A stretch of 64,000 nucleotides of DNA from an uncultured Actinomycetes bacterium (GCA_964547485.1 CAZJNU010000007.1:535-64534), one strand, 5' to 3'. Positions 28,506 through 37,907 are shown, numbered from the stretch's first letter. Made by a program: numbers and translations. Notes: generated from the letters alone by a model not told the origin.

Positions 28506-28533
28506 CCCGGGCTGGACTTGTTGTCCGCCCGGG
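28506..28533 (-). terminator. hairpin between convergent genes (intrinsic terminator candidate)
   Basis: cccgggctggac ttgtt gtccgcccggg forms an 11-bp stem with one bulge. On the minus strand it is followed by TTTTC. Confidence 0.5.
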
Positions 28534-28547
28534 TACTTCGCTATCGA

Positions 28548-28709
28548 TCAGCTGTTGCCGTAGACGATGTACGGCTTGTCGATCGGCTTGGCGCTGCCGC
28601 CGACCGAGTTCACGACGCCGACTCCGGCCAGAACCGCCAGCACCACACCGACCACGATGCCGATGATTGGCCCAGCGCCCAGACCGCCTGCGCCTGCTTC
28701 TCCAGCCAT
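28548..28709 (-). CDS. small membrane/secreted protein (DUF2613-like, cf. Rv0236A next to aftD)
   Basis: ATG at 28709 lies directly behind GGAGGATCC. It gives a 53-aa product, MAGEAGAGGLGAGPIIGIVVGVVLAVLAGVGVVNSVGGSAKPIDKPYIVYGNS, with one TM helix. Confidence 0.55.
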   Translation of the reverse strand: MAGEAGAGGLGAGPIIGIVVGVVLAVLAGVGVVNSVGGSAKPIDKPYIVYGNS

Positions 28710-28835
28710 GGATCCTCCTAGTAAGGGTTGCACAACGCCCGTAACGTACCACGCCTCGGGCTTGGGTGGCACGTTCTCAGTTCATCCGACCTGGCACGTC
28801 CAGAGGTGATTGAAATCGGGTCCCGCTGCCCTTGT

Positions 28836-30677
28836 TCATTGGCGCCGTCTGTCGGCCCGCCGTCGCCGGATTCCGACCGCACCGGCGATCCCGGCGGCCG
28901 CGGCCGCCACCCCTGCTGCAAGCACAACTGTCGCCGCGATCAGGTTCGCGGCCAGGATCGGCAGGAACCCCTTCGAGACAGGAGGATCAGCGGGTGACTG
29001 ACCGGTCGACCAGACCTCCAATTCATCCTCACTCCAAGTCAGGGTCATCCCACCCAAGTCGACCGGACGGCCCAGTGTCGGTTGATCCAGCTGCACCACC
29101 ACCCGGTTGATGCCGAGCGCCGGTAGCACCCGCGCCAGCGGCGTGCCGTCATCGATCGCGGCCCCGACCTGAGCGGCCCGGGGATCGTCCCCGGCAACGC
29201 GCAGATACTTTCCGGAGGAACGCTGATAGACGACCAGACTGGTATCCGCGACCACGGTGCTGGTGAGATAGCGGGGCAACGGGTCCACCACCGTGCGGTC
29301 GGCATTCCAGCCGTAAACGCGAAAGGTGCTCCAGGGCAGCGCCAACACATCCCCTGGTTGCTGCGCGATGTGCTCGCGCAGTCGAGCCCACGAGGATGGA
29401 TAGGACACCGGCGACAGCCGACCACCGACTCCCCACCCGAGATCGGGTAGCAGCAGCAGCGGCCCGACGGCGACAGCCAGCACCACTGCCCGCCGACCTC
29501 CTCGGGTCGGGATCCGAGCGCGAAGTTCCTGTACCCCCAGCGGGGCCGCAATCGCCAGCCACAATGCGAGCAGGGCGAGCGGCTTCTGACTGTCCCGCAA
29601 CAATCCCGCACCGGGTACTGAGCCCACAATGGACCGACCCACACTGGACCCAACGCCCACGCTGGTCAGCGCAGCCAGCAGCGCCAGCCCCGTCAGGTAC
29701 CAACCCAATGGCCGCCCCAACAACTTCATCAGTGGTTTCGTACCGAAGATGGCCAGCGCGAGCAACCCGAGTCCGAGCAGCAGACCCAGCCCGAGTCGAC
29801 GACTGAGCGGAACCGCATCGGAATTCCAGGTTCCGCCGAGCGACAGCGCAGTCAGGATGGCACCCCAGGGACCGTCTTCCCGCAGCGCGAACGAGTCGAC
29901 ACCGGCGGCATTCGCAGCGCCGGACGACCTGTGTAGTAGCGCCGGTACGACCCACGGCAGGTTGATCGCGACGACACCGGCGAGGCCACCCAGCCGGACC
30001 CGCCAGGAACTCCTCGCGCCTGGCACCAGCAACCCAACGGACAGCGTCAATGCCAGAAGTCCCCCCGATGGCACCCAACTGGCCAATGCGGTCCACCCCC
30101 ACAGCGCTGGCCAACCCCACAGGTACTTCCGGCCGGTCAAGGTTGCCGGACGCGCGACCCCCGTCCTCACTCGGATCACGGCCAGCAGGATCCACGGCGC
30201 CGATGCATAGGCGAGCAGCAACGACCAGTTGCCCATCACGAGTCGTTCAGCCAGGTAGGCGTTCCACACGTAGACACTCGCTGCGACCAACTGCACTCCG
30301 ACGCCGAATCGCCTGAGCACCCTTGCTGCGCCCAGACCGGCCAGCCCCACGACGGCAACCAGCACCGCCTTCTGGAGCAATTGGCCGGGCACTGGACCGG
30401 CGAAGACGGAAACGATCAGGTCCTGTGGAACCGCCCGTGGCAGCCCACCCTCCAGCCCGAGCATCCACGGCAACAGCGTCTGCTGAGGCACGAAGACCAT
30501 GTCAAGGTTCAGCACATAGCCGGGCGCCAGTAGCGGGGCGAGAATCAAGGTCGCCATCACCACCACCCAGCCGGGCACAATCCACCCGCGCCAACCGCGA
30601 GGCCCGCCGGGAGGATCAGCCTGAAATTCGCCGGCTCGGTCGCTGGCGGGTTCCGCGGCTCGGTCACTGGCGTCCAT
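28836..30677 (-). CDS. polytopic membrane protein (Rv0226c-like by position; possible GT-C)
   Basis: 613 aa with ~12 hydrophobic helices, then a ~170-aa soluble segment and a terminal TM. The function is inferred only from topology and neighbourhood. Confidence 0.6.
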   Translation of the reverse strand: MDASDRAAEPASDRAGEFQADPPGGPRGWRGWIVPGWVVVMATLILAPLLAPGYVLNLDMVFVPQQTLLPWMLGLEGGLPRAVPQDLIVSVFAGPVPGQLLQKAVLVAVVGLAGLGAARVLRRFGVGVQLVAASVYVWNAYLAERLVMGNWSLLLAYASAPWILLAVIRVRTGVARPATLTGRKYLWGWPALWGWTALASWVPSGGLLALTLSVGLLVPGARSSWRVRLGGLAGVVAINLPWVVPALLHRSSGAANAAGVDSFALREDGPWGAILTALSLGGTWNSDAVPLSRRLGLGLLLGLGLLALAIFGTKPLMKLLGRPLGWYLTGLALLAALTSVGVGSSVGRSIVGSVPGAGLLRDSQKPLALLALWLAIAAPLGVQELRARIPTRGGRRAVVLAVAVGPLLLLPDLGWGVGGRLSPVSYPSSWARLREHIAQQPGDVLALPWSTFRVYGWNADRTVVDPLPRYLTSTVVADTSLVVYQRSSGKYLRVAGDDPRAAQVGAAIDDGTPLARVLPALGINRVVVQLDQPTLGRPVDLGGMTLTWSEDELEVWSTGQSPADPPVSKGFLPILAANLIAATVVLAAGVAAAAAGIAGAVGIRRRRADRRRQ

Positions 30678-30772
30678 CAGAACCCCATCTAATCGCGCCC
30701 ACCGGGCCGGCGGCGGTCAATCCGGCCAGCTTCGCGGACAATCCAGTCCGGGTCGCGGATTCCGCCTTTCAC

Positions 30773-30791
30773 GTCCGGCAGGCTGCCGGAC
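30773..30791. promoter_or_regulatory. perfect 19-nt palindrome upstream of the flippase gene
   Basis: GTCCGGCAG g CTGCCGGAC has 9-nt arms and ends 34 nt before the ATG at 30826. It could be an operator or a 5'-UTR hairpin. Confidence 0.25.
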
Positions 30792-30825
30792 ACCTACGCT
30801 GGAGCCAAAGGAGGATCACAACCGG

Positions 30826-32127
30826 ATGACAGCAGAGACGCCCGACCCGACGGCCGCGACGACGGCGGCCGCGCCGCCCGATCAGAGCGCAGCTGGCCCC
30901 TCCATCCTTCGTGGCGCGGGTATCGTGGCGATCTCCCTCGGCCTGGTCCAGGTGTTCGGCTATCTACTGAACGTGGCCGGCGCCCGACTGTTGACCCAGT
31001 CGGAATTCGGGGCCTTGGCGTCCCTACTGAACCTGGTGATCATCGGCAACGTTGTCGCCTTCGGTCTGCAGGCCGTGGCGGCCAGGTTGGTGGTCACCTC
31101 GGCGGCTGCCGATCGAGGTCCGGTCGGCGCGCGGATCCTGCGATTTGCCGTGTCGGCAGGAGCCTTGCTGGCGGTTGTTGGGCTCCTGAGTTCCCCGATC
31201 ATCAGTTCGTTGCTGCATCAATCGGGCGCCTTCGTGGTGGCCTGCGTCGCGTTGATGCTGGCTCCGCTGACGGTCGCCGGCGGCCAATACGGGCTCGCTC
31301 AGGGACGCGAGCAGCACCTACGGCTCGGCACGTTGCTGATCGTGACCGGTGTCGGGCGCCTGCTCGGCGGGCTGGTGGGACTGATCGCGTTCGGGACCGT
31401 GACGGGCACCATCGCACTGATGTGCCTGGGCACGTGGCTGGGCGCCACCATCGGGATGCTGCTGGTTCGACGCATCGCCACTGGCCCGCCGGCAATGATC
31501 AAAGACCTGCGGTGGCAGGTGATCCACGCCTCGCACGCGATGTTCGCATTGTTCGTCGCGACAAGTGTCGATCTGCTGCTCGCCCGGTTCTACCTCACCG
31601 GTCCGGAGTCCGGTGCCTACGCCGTTGGTGCCATTGTCACCAAGATCGCCTTCTGGCTGCCGGCCTTCATTGCCGTGGTCGCATTCCCGCGGATGGCCGA
31701 CGACCGACGGCAACAGACGACCGCCATTGCGGCCGGGGCAGTCGCAGCCATCGGTGCCGTGCTCGTGCTGGCCCTGGCCCTGCTGCCCGGCCTGGTCATC
31801 GCCGTGGTGGCCGGCGATGAGTACACCTCCCTCGCACCCGATCTGTGGATCTTCGGCCTGATCGGCGCGGCTTTCTCACTCGCCCAGTTCCTGCTCTACT
31901 CCCGCCTCGCCGTCGATGACCGCCGGGCAGTATTCGCACTGTGGGCTGCGGTGGTGTTCATCTTCGCGGGTGTCAGCGTGTGGCACGCGAGCGTGGCCCA
32001 AGTCGCCACCGTCGTCGCGGTCGTCGCGTTGGCACTCTCCGCAGTCGGGGTGGCGAGCCTCATCATCGATCGCCGCCACGGAGTCCCCCACCCCGGCGAA
32101 GCCCTCGATTCGCTCGAACGCGCGTAG
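30826..32127 (+). CDS. polysaccharide/oligosaccharide flippase (Wzx/MOP superfamily)
   Basis: 433 aa with ~12-14 TM helices. RBS AAAGGAGGA lies upstream. The N-terminus (ILRGAGIVAISLGLVQVFGYLLNVAGARLL) is typical of polysaccharide biosynthesis proteins. Confidence 0.7.
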   Translation: MTAETPDPTAATTAAAPPDQSAAGPSILRGAGIVAISLGLVQVFGYLLNVAGARLLTQSEFGALASLLNLVIIGNVVAFGLQAVAARLVVTSAAADRGPVGARILRFAVSAGALLAVVGLLSSPIISSLLHQSGAFVVACVALMLAPLTVAGGQYGLAQGREQHLRLGTLLIVTGVGRLLGGLVGLIAFGTVTGTIALMCLGTWLGATIGMLLVRRIATGPPAMIKDLRWQVIHASHAMFALFVATSVDLLLARFYLTGPESGAYAVGAIVTKIAFWLPAFIAVVAFPRMADDRRQQTTAIAAGAVAAIGAVLVLALALLPGLVIAVVAGDEYTSLAPDLWIFGLIGAAFSLAQFLLYSRLAVDDRRAVFALWAAVVFIFAGVSVWHASVAQVATVVAVVALALSAVGVASLIIDRRHGVPHPGEALDSLERA

Positions 32128-32165
32128 CGGGCGGCGGCGGCGGCGGGCTAGTCGCAGGAGTCCGT

Positions 32166-32630
32166 CTACCCGGAACCGTCCGCGGCCCGAGCCACCACTC
32201 GGTCCGACACCTCCGCGAACACCCGCAACTCCCCCGCATCCAGCAAGTCCACGAAGTACCGCCGAACGGCCGCTACGTGGTCCGGCGCGGCCGCAGCAAT
32301 GGCGACCCACCCAGCTTCCGTGAGACAGATGAACGACCCCCGCGCGTCGGCGGGACATTCTTGCCGAGAGACCAGCCCCCGCTGCTCCATCCGAGACACG
32401 TGCTTCGAGAGCCTGCTCTTCTCCCATTGCACGAGGTGCCCAAGGTCACGCGCCCGCATTCGACGATCAGCCGCCTCAGATAGTGGAACCAGCAACTCGT
32501 AATCAGCCATCGAGAGCCCGGAGTCGTCCAGGAGTCGGCGGCTGAGCGCGTGGTCGAGCGCGCGATTCAGCTGGTGTAGTCCGCGCCAGGCCCGGTCCTC
32601 GGACTCGGTCAGCCATCTCGGATCCGTCAC
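32166..32630 (-). CDS. MarR family transcriptional regulator
   Basis: 154 aa with a winged-HTH region LSMADYELLVPLSEAADRRMRARDLGHLVQWEKSRLSKHVSRMEQRGLVSR. GTG start at 32630. Confidence 0.85.
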   Translation of the reverse strand: MTDPRWLTESEDRAWRGLHQLNRALDHALSRRLLDDSGLSMADYELLVPLSEAADRRMRARDLGHLVQWEKSRLSKHVSRMEQRGLVSRQECPADARGSFICLTEAGWVAIAAAAPDHVAAVRRYFVDLLDAGELRVFAEVSDRVVARAADGSG

Positions 32631-32649
32631 GTAGATGACTATACGCCAG

Positions 32650-32680
32650 TTGTTGACATGTCTACAAACTCATATATAGT
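32650..32680 (+). promoter_or_regulatory. candidate yceI promoter (TTGACA-16-TATAGT) overlapping an 18-nt pseudo-palindrome (MarR operator candidate)
   Basis: TTGACA at 32653-32658 and TATAGT at 32675-32680. The pseudo-palindrome TTGTTGACATGTCTACAA (32650-32667) matches its reverse complement at 14 of 18 positions. It lies in the divergent MarR/YceI intergenic region. Confidence 0.4.
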
Positions 32681-32728
32681 TGAACCTGCAACCACATCCA
32701 GACAACCGCACCCACCCAAGGAGCCCTA

Positions 32729-33295
32729 ATGAGCACAGCAACCCTCGCACCCAGCGTCACCGGCAGCTACACCCTTGACCCGAGCCACAGCCGACTGGGC
32801 TTCGTCGCCCGCCACGCCATGGTCACCAAGGTCCGGGGCAGCTTCGACGAATTCACCGGGTCGATCACGCTCGACACCGACAACCCGGCCGCATCGAAGG
32901 CCGAGGTCACCATGCAGGTCGCCAGCGTCGACACCCGCAACGCGCAGCGGGACGAACACCTGCGCACCAATGACTTCTTCGATGCCCCGAACTACCCGGA
33001 GATCACTTTCGCCTCCACCGGAGTCAGCCAGACTGGCACCGATACCTTCGATGTGGTCGGTGACCTGACCATCAAGGGCGTCACCAAGTCCGTCACCGTG
33101 GCTTTCGAGTTCACCGGTGCGGCCACCGACCCTTACGGCAACGAGCGAGTGGGCTTCGAAGGTCAGACCACCATCAACCGAACCGAGTTCGGCGTGAACT
33201 TCAACGCCAAACTGGACGCCGGCGGTGTGCTGGTGGGCGAGAAGATCACGATCGAACTGGAGATCTCCGCGATCAAGGTGCCAGCAACCAGCTGA
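32729..33295 (+). CDS. YceI family polyisoprenoid-binding protein
   Basis: 188 aa with YTLDPSHSRLGFVARHAMVTKVRGSFDEF and VASVDTRNAQRDEHLRTNDFFD. RBS AAGGAG lies upstream. Confidence 0.9.
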   Translation: MSTATLAPSVTGSYTLDPSHSRLGFVARHAMVTKVRGSFDEFTGSITLDTDNPAASKAEVTMQVASVDTRNAQRDEHLRTNDFFDAPNYPEITFASTGVSQTGTDTFDVVGDLTIKGVTKSVTVAFEFTGAATDPYGNERVGFEGQTTINRTEFGVNFNAKLDAGGVLVGEKITIELEISAIKVPATS

Positions 33296-33346
33296 TCAGT
33301 TCCGCGACGCACCTGCCCGTCGTCGGCGGTACGAGTGGACCCCCAG

Positions 33347-36211
33347 CTACTCGAACACCTCCGGCGGCGGGCAATTGCATACCAGGTTGCGGTCGCCGTG
33401 AGCCCCGTCAATCCGGCGCACCGGCGGCCAATATTTGCCCGGGTCCGCACCGGCCGGATAGGCGGCCGACATCCGGTCGTAGCCCCTCCCCCACGGCCCC
33501 GCCAGACACAGCGCAGTGTGGGGCGCGTGGCGCAGTTCCGAGTCGGCGACGGCGACCCTGCCGTCCGCGATCCGGTCGATCTCCGCCTTGATCGCCGCCA
33601 TCGCAGCGACAAACCTGTCGAGTTCGGCCAAATCCTCGCTCTCGGTGGGTTCGATCATCAACGTGCCGGCCACCGGGAACGACATGGTCGGGGCATGGAA
33701 GCCGTAGTCGATGAGTCGCTTGGCGATATCGTCCACGGTCACCCCCGTCGCCTTGGTGATCGCCCGAATATCCACGATGCATTCGTGGGCTACTAGCCCT
33801 GTCTCACCGGAGTAGAGAATCGGGTAGTGCTCCCTTAACCGAGCGGCCAGATAGTTGGCCGACAGCACCGCGGTACGAGTCGCTTCCCGAAGTCCGTCGG
33901 CACCCATCAATCGGATGTAGGCGTACGGAATGGGAAGGACGCCAGCACTTCCCCACGGAGCACCACTGACAGGTCCGACGCCACCGTCCCGGAAGCCGCG
34001 ACCTGTCGGACCCGCGTCGGGCCGCAGCGGATGGCCGGGCAGATAAGGGGCCAGGTGAGCCCTGACTCCGACCGGGCCGACCCCCGGACCGCCGCCGCCA
34101 TGTGGAATGCAGAAGGTCTTGTGCAGGTTCAAATGCGACACATCGGCCCCGAACCTACCGGGCGGGGCCAATCCCACTAGGGCATTGAGGTTGGCGCCGT
34201 CCAGGTAGACCTGACCGCCAGCGTCGTGCACCAATCCGCAGATCCGTTGCACCTCCTGCTCGAAGACCCCATGGGTGGACGGGTAGGTGATCATCAGCGC
34301 AGCCAGTGACGTGGCGTGCAGGGCTATCTTCGCCTGCAGATCAGCCAGATCGACATTGCCGCGCTCGTCGCAGCCGACGACCACCACCCGCAGTCCGGCC
34401 ATCACCGCACTTGCCGCGTTCGTTCCGTGCGCGCTGGACGGGATCAGGCAGACGTCTCGCTCGGGCTGCCCCTGGTCGACCAAGTACGAGCGGATGGCGA
34501 GCAAGCCGGCGAACTCACCCTGACTGCCCGCGTTCGGTTGCACCGACACCGCGTCGTACCCCGTGATGGCTGCCAACCAGGACTCCAGCCGGCTGATCAA
34601 TTCGGCATATCCGGCGCTCTCCTCAGCTGGCGCGAACGGATGCAGTTCCGCGAACTCCGGCCAACTGATCGCCTCCATCTCCACAGCGGCGTTCAACTTC
34701 ATCGTGCACGATCCGAGCGGGATCATCGACCTATCCAGCGCCAGGTCGGCGTCGGAAAGTCGACGCAGGTACCGCATCATGGCGGTTTCGCTGTGAAAGT
34801 CGTTGAACCACTCGTGGTCCAGGTAATCCACCCCGCGGCGGAGTACTGCCGGTATAGATTCGCTCCCCAACTCGGCCAGCTCGACGCGCAATCCCAGCGC
34901 CTGGCCGATCGCGTCCGCCACTCGCGCCAGGTCCACGTCGCGGGTCGTCTCATCCACTGTCAGCCCGACCGTGTCGACGTCGATCGCGCGGAGGTCGATC
35001 CCGGCGGCGCGCGCGGTCGCCAGCACCTCCTCAGCTCTGCCAGGGACACGCAACCCGAGCGTGTCGAAGAACTCCGCAGAGGTCAGAACCAGCCCCGCCG
35101 CAGTGAATCCTGCGGCCAGTCGGCGAGTACGGTCGTTCACTGTCGTCGCGATCTCGCGGAGTCCCACCGGACCGTGATAGGCGGCGTACATGGCCGCCAC
35201 CACCGCCAGTAACACCTGTGCCGTGCAGATATTGCTGGTGGCGCGCTCCCGACGAATGTGCTGCTCCCGGGTCTGCAGCGCCAACCGGTAGGCGACACGC
35301 CCGTCCTCGTCCTTGCTCACCCCCACGAGCCGACCGGGCAGACTGCGTTCGAGGCCCTGTCGCACCGAAATGAAGCCCGCGTGTGGGCCGCCGAATCCCA
35401 TTGGCACCCCAAACCGTTGCGCGGATCCGACCACGATGTCCGCGCCCATCGCGCCCGGCGCCGCGATCAACGTCAGCGCCAACAGGTCAGTGGTCACCGC
35501 CACCGCAGCACCCACCGCCTGCAACTCGGCGATGACTGCCCGCGGATCCCAAAGACGACCACTCGACCCCGGATATGACAGCAGCGCCCCGAAGGCCTCC
35601 GGTGCGTCGACTGCCACCCGTGGGTCGAACTCAACAATCTCGATCCCCACGGGCGCGGCTCGAGTCCGCAACACGGCCAGCGTCTGCGGGTGGGTGTCAG
35701 CATCGACGAGAAACACCGGGGACGCGCTTCGCCCGCTGCGCCGGGCCAGCGCCATCGCTTCCGCTGCGGCCGTCGGTTCGTCAAGCAGGGAGGCATTGGC
35801 CACTGGTAGCCCGGTCAGGTCCGAAACCAACGTCTGGAACATCAGCAGCGCCTGCAGCCGACCCTGCGAAATCTCCGGCTGGTAGGGGGTATAGGCGGTG
35901 TACCAGGCCGGACTCTCGAGCAGGTTTCGACGGATGACGGCAGGTGTGATGGTGCCGTAGTAGCCCATTCCGATCATGGCGGTCCGCGGGTTGTTCGCCC
36001 CCGCCAGTCGCCGAAGGTCTGCCAGCACGTCGGCCTCCGACAGAGGCGCAGGAAGGTCCAGCACTTCGTCCCGAATCCCGGCCGGCACCGCAGCTTCGAT
36101 CAGGGAGTCGAGGCTGTCGTGACCGACGACCTTGAGCATCGTGTCGACATCGCCCTGATTCGGACCGATGTGGCGGGCAACAAAAGCGGGATCGCCGGTG
36201 AAGGAGGTCAC
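33347..36211 (-). CDS. gcvP: glycine dehydrogenase (aminomethyl-transferring), glycine cleavage P protein
   Basis: 954 aa with FVARHIGP at the N-terminus, [14 protein letters not shown] and the PLP region [16 protein letters not shown]. Confidence 0.97.
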   Translation of the reverse strand: MTSFTGDPAFVARHIGPNQGDVDTMLKVVGHDSLDSLIEAAVPAGIRDEVLDLPAPLSEADVLADLRRLAGANNPRTAMIGMGYYGTITPAVIRRNLLESPAWYTAYTPYQPEISQGRLQALLMFQTLVSDLTGLPVANASLLDEPTAAAEAMALARRSGRSASPVFLVDADTHPQTLAVLRTRAAPVGIEIVEFDPRVAVDAPEAFGALLSYPGSSGRLWDPRAVIAELQAVGAAVAVTTDLLALTLIAAPGAMGADIVVGSAQRFGVPMGFGGPHAGFISVRQGLERSLPGRLVGVSKDEDGRVAYRLALQTREQHIRRERATSNICTAQVLLAVVAAMYAAYHGPVGLREIATTVNDRTRRLAAGFTAAGLVLTSAEFFDTLGLRVPGRAEEVLATARAAGIDLRAIDVDTVGLTVDETTRDVDLARVADAIGQALGLRVELAELGSESIPAVLRRGVDYLDHEWFNDFHSETAMMRYLRRLSDADLALDRSMIPLGSCTMKLNAAVEMEAISWPEFAELHPFAPAEESAGYAELISRLESWLAAITGYDAVSVQPNAGSQGEFAGLLAIRSYLVDQGQPERDVCLIPSSAHGTNAASAVMAGLRVVVVGCDERGNVDLADLQAKIALHATSLAALMITYPSTHGVFEQEVQRICGLVHDAGGQVYLDGANLNALVGLAPPGRFGADVSHLNLHKTFCIPHGGGGPGVGPVGVRAHLAPYLPGHPLRPDAGPTGRGFRDGGVGPVSGAPWGSAGVLPIPYAYIRLMGADGLREATRTAVLSANYLAARLREHYPILYSGETGLVAHECIVDIRAITKATGVTVDDIAKRLIDYGFHAPTMSFPVAGTLMIEPTESEDLAELDRFVAAMAAIKAEIDRIADGRVAVADSELRHAPHTALCLAGPWGRGYDRMSAAYPAGADPGKYWPPVRRIDGAHGDRNLVCNCPPPEVFE

Positions 36212-36233
36212 CGGCTAAGGGTACGGGAGTCGG

Positions 36234-36803
36234 TCAGCCGGTCTTGCGGGACCGGCGGGCTGCGAGCTCGTCGGTGACCCCACGTGGAAGCACCACTTCC
36301 CCGTCCAGATTCTCCTGCGGGAACTTCGCCAACGTTCCTGCGACCTCGCTGCGAACCCGACCGATGGCGATTCCGAACACCCCTTGACCCCCGCGCATGA
36401 TGTCTATGACCTCATCTTCGGTGGTGCACTCGTAGATGGTCGCGCCGTCACTCATCAAGGTGATCTCTGAGAGGTCCTCAACCCCACGCTCACGGAGGTG
36501 CTCCACCGCTGACCGGACGTTCTGCAGCGAAACTCCGGTGTCCAACAACCGCTTGATGATCCGCAGCACCAGGATGTCCTTGAACGAGTAGAGCCGCTGA
36601 CTACCGGAACCGGCGGCAGTCCGGATACTCGGCACCAGCAGGTGTGTCCGCGCCCAGTAGTCGAGCTGGCGGTAGGTGATACCGGTCGCAGTGCAGGCCG
36701 TTGCACCTCGGTAGCCGATCTCGTCGTCCGAAGCGAACTCGTCGGCGAACAGCGCCTCCTGGTGTTCGGTCACACCAATACCCGCGCCGTCATCGACCAT
36801 CAT
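36234..36803 (-). CDS. MerR family transcriptional regulator (Rv1830-like)
   Basis: 189 aa with HTH ATGITYRQLDYWARTHLLVP and RLYSFKDILVLRIIKRLLDTGVSLQNV. The stop lies 22 nt before the gcvP start. Confidence 0.85.
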   Translation of the reverse strand: MMVDDGAGIGVTEHQEALFADEFASDDEIGYRGATACTATGITYRQLDYWARTHLLVPSIRTAAGSGSQRLYSFKDILVLRIIKRLLDTGVSLQNVRSAVEHLRERGVEDLSEITLMSDGATIYECTTEDEVIDIMRGGQGVFGIAIGRVRSEVAGTLAKFPQENLDGEVVLPRGVTDELAARRSRKTG

Positions 36804-36881
36804 CCGAACCTCCTACCGGGTCGCGAGTCCGTGCGCGTCAACTCATGCTGAGGACGAGAACTCTTCAACCGTCTGCCCTGA

Positions 36882-36910
36882 AGGCTATGGACCCCCTGAC
36901 GGGCAGTCAA
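36882..36910 (-). promoter_or_regulatory. candidate promoter for the MerR-gcvP unit (TTGACT-17-TAGCCT on the minus strand)
   Basis: Read on the minus strand, TTGACT is at 36910-36905 and TAGCCT at 36887-36882, with a 17-nt spacer. The element sits about 80 nt upstream of the ATG at 36803. Confidence 0.3.
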
Positions 36911-36990
36911 CGACATTGGCCGAACACGCCGCAAATAAATCGCATCCATGTAAGTCTATACCTCTAGTTCAGATTTTGACTTCGTCTGAT

Positions 36991-37470
36991 TCATGACTGA
37001 TTGTCCTCTTCTTCGAAGTCCTCCGGGCTCACCGTGTCGAGGAACTCCCGGAACGCCTCAACCTCCTGCTCCTCCTCTTCCGGCACCTCGATCCCGGCAG
37101 TGTCGAGCACTTCCGGAGCCCCGTACAGCGGCGAACCAGTCCGCAGCGCCACCGCAATCGCATCACTGGGGCGAGCGCTGACCTCCAGCCCGTCACCCAG
37201 ATCCAGGACAGCGTAGAAGACACCGTCCTTCAAATCCGTGATTCGGACGGCCACCACCTCGCGACCAACTGCAGTGAGTAGATCGCGAATCAAATCGTGG
37301 GTGAGCGGACGCGGCGGCACCACCCCCTGCTGAGCGAACGCGATGGCGGTTGCCTCCACCGCCCCGATCCAGATCGGCAGATACCTGTCGCCGTCGCGCT
37401 CCCGCAGCAGCACCAGCGGCTGGTTCGACGGCATCTCCACGCGCACGCCGATCACGTCCAGAGGCTTCAT
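36991..37470 (-). CDS. bifunctional nuclease family protein (DUF151, Rv1829-like)
   Basis: 159 aa with VIGVRVEMPSNQPLVLLRERDGDRYLPIWIGAVEATAIAFAQQGVVPPRPLTHDL and an acidic C-terminus. Confidence 0.8.
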   Translation of the reverse strand: MKPLDVIGVRVEMPSNQPLVLLRERDGDRYLPIWIGAVEATAIAFAQQGVVPPRPLTHDLIRDLLTAVGREVVAVRITDLKDGVFYAVLDLGDGLEVSARPSDAIAVALRTGSPLYGAPEVLDTAGIEVPEEEEQEVEAFREFLDTVSPEDFEEEDNQS

Positions 37471-37505
37471 AGCACGACTCTACGCGGGATCGGGGCCAGC
37501 GCAGG

Positions 37506-37907
37506 CTACGAGTGCAGGAAGTCCCAGGCGACCGTGCTTCCCCAGATCAAGATCGCCAGCACTACCGGCGGCGCGAAGGCAAACGTGACCAGCGTCGCTG
37601 CCCACTTGTTCCACCGCTTGACGAAGGCGATCCACGCGCCTGCGCTGAAGATCAGCGGCAACAGCGGATACGCCCAGATGCTGAGCACGAAGATCCAAGC
37701 ACCGGTCGTCTCACCACTGTCAAACGCCATCACCGACAAACCGGCCACAGGCGCCCAAATCACCAACGTCAGTACAGCCAGACACTGGGCGAGGATCATC
37801 CAGACGAGTAGCCCTGTTCGCTCACCCGAACCCGAGCCCGGACCCGCATCCGAACCCGGGCCAGGAGCAGGTCCGGCAAAGTCGGTGGCCCAGGGTCGCT
37901 CGGTCAC
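37506..37907 (-). CDS. small integral membrane protein (4 predicted TM helices), unknown function
   Basis: 133 aa with a Gly/Pro-rich N-terminus followed by four hydrophobic helices. It overlaps the upstream MerR stop by 4 nt. Confidence 0.5.
   Translation of the reverse strand: MTERPWATDFAGPAPGPGSDAGPGSGSGERTGLLVWMILAQCLAVLTLVIWAPVAGLSVMAFDSGETTGAWIFVLSIWAYPLLPLIFSAGAWIAFVKRWNKWAATLVTFAFAPPVVLAILIWGSTVAWDFLHS

Noticed and set aside
32128-32147. (GCG)5 trinucleotide run between the convergent flippase and MarR genes
   Set aside because: It is short, intergenic and expected by chance at this GC content. I see no evidence of function.
36212-36990. Glycine riboswitch upstream of gcvP or gcvH
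   Set aside because: Only 22 nt precede gcvP and 9 nt precede gcvH. In the 187-nt region upstream of the MerR gene (36804-36990) I saw neither the GGAGAG nor the ACCGAAGGGGCAA-type cores of the glycine aptamer. An Rfam RF00504 scan would settle it.
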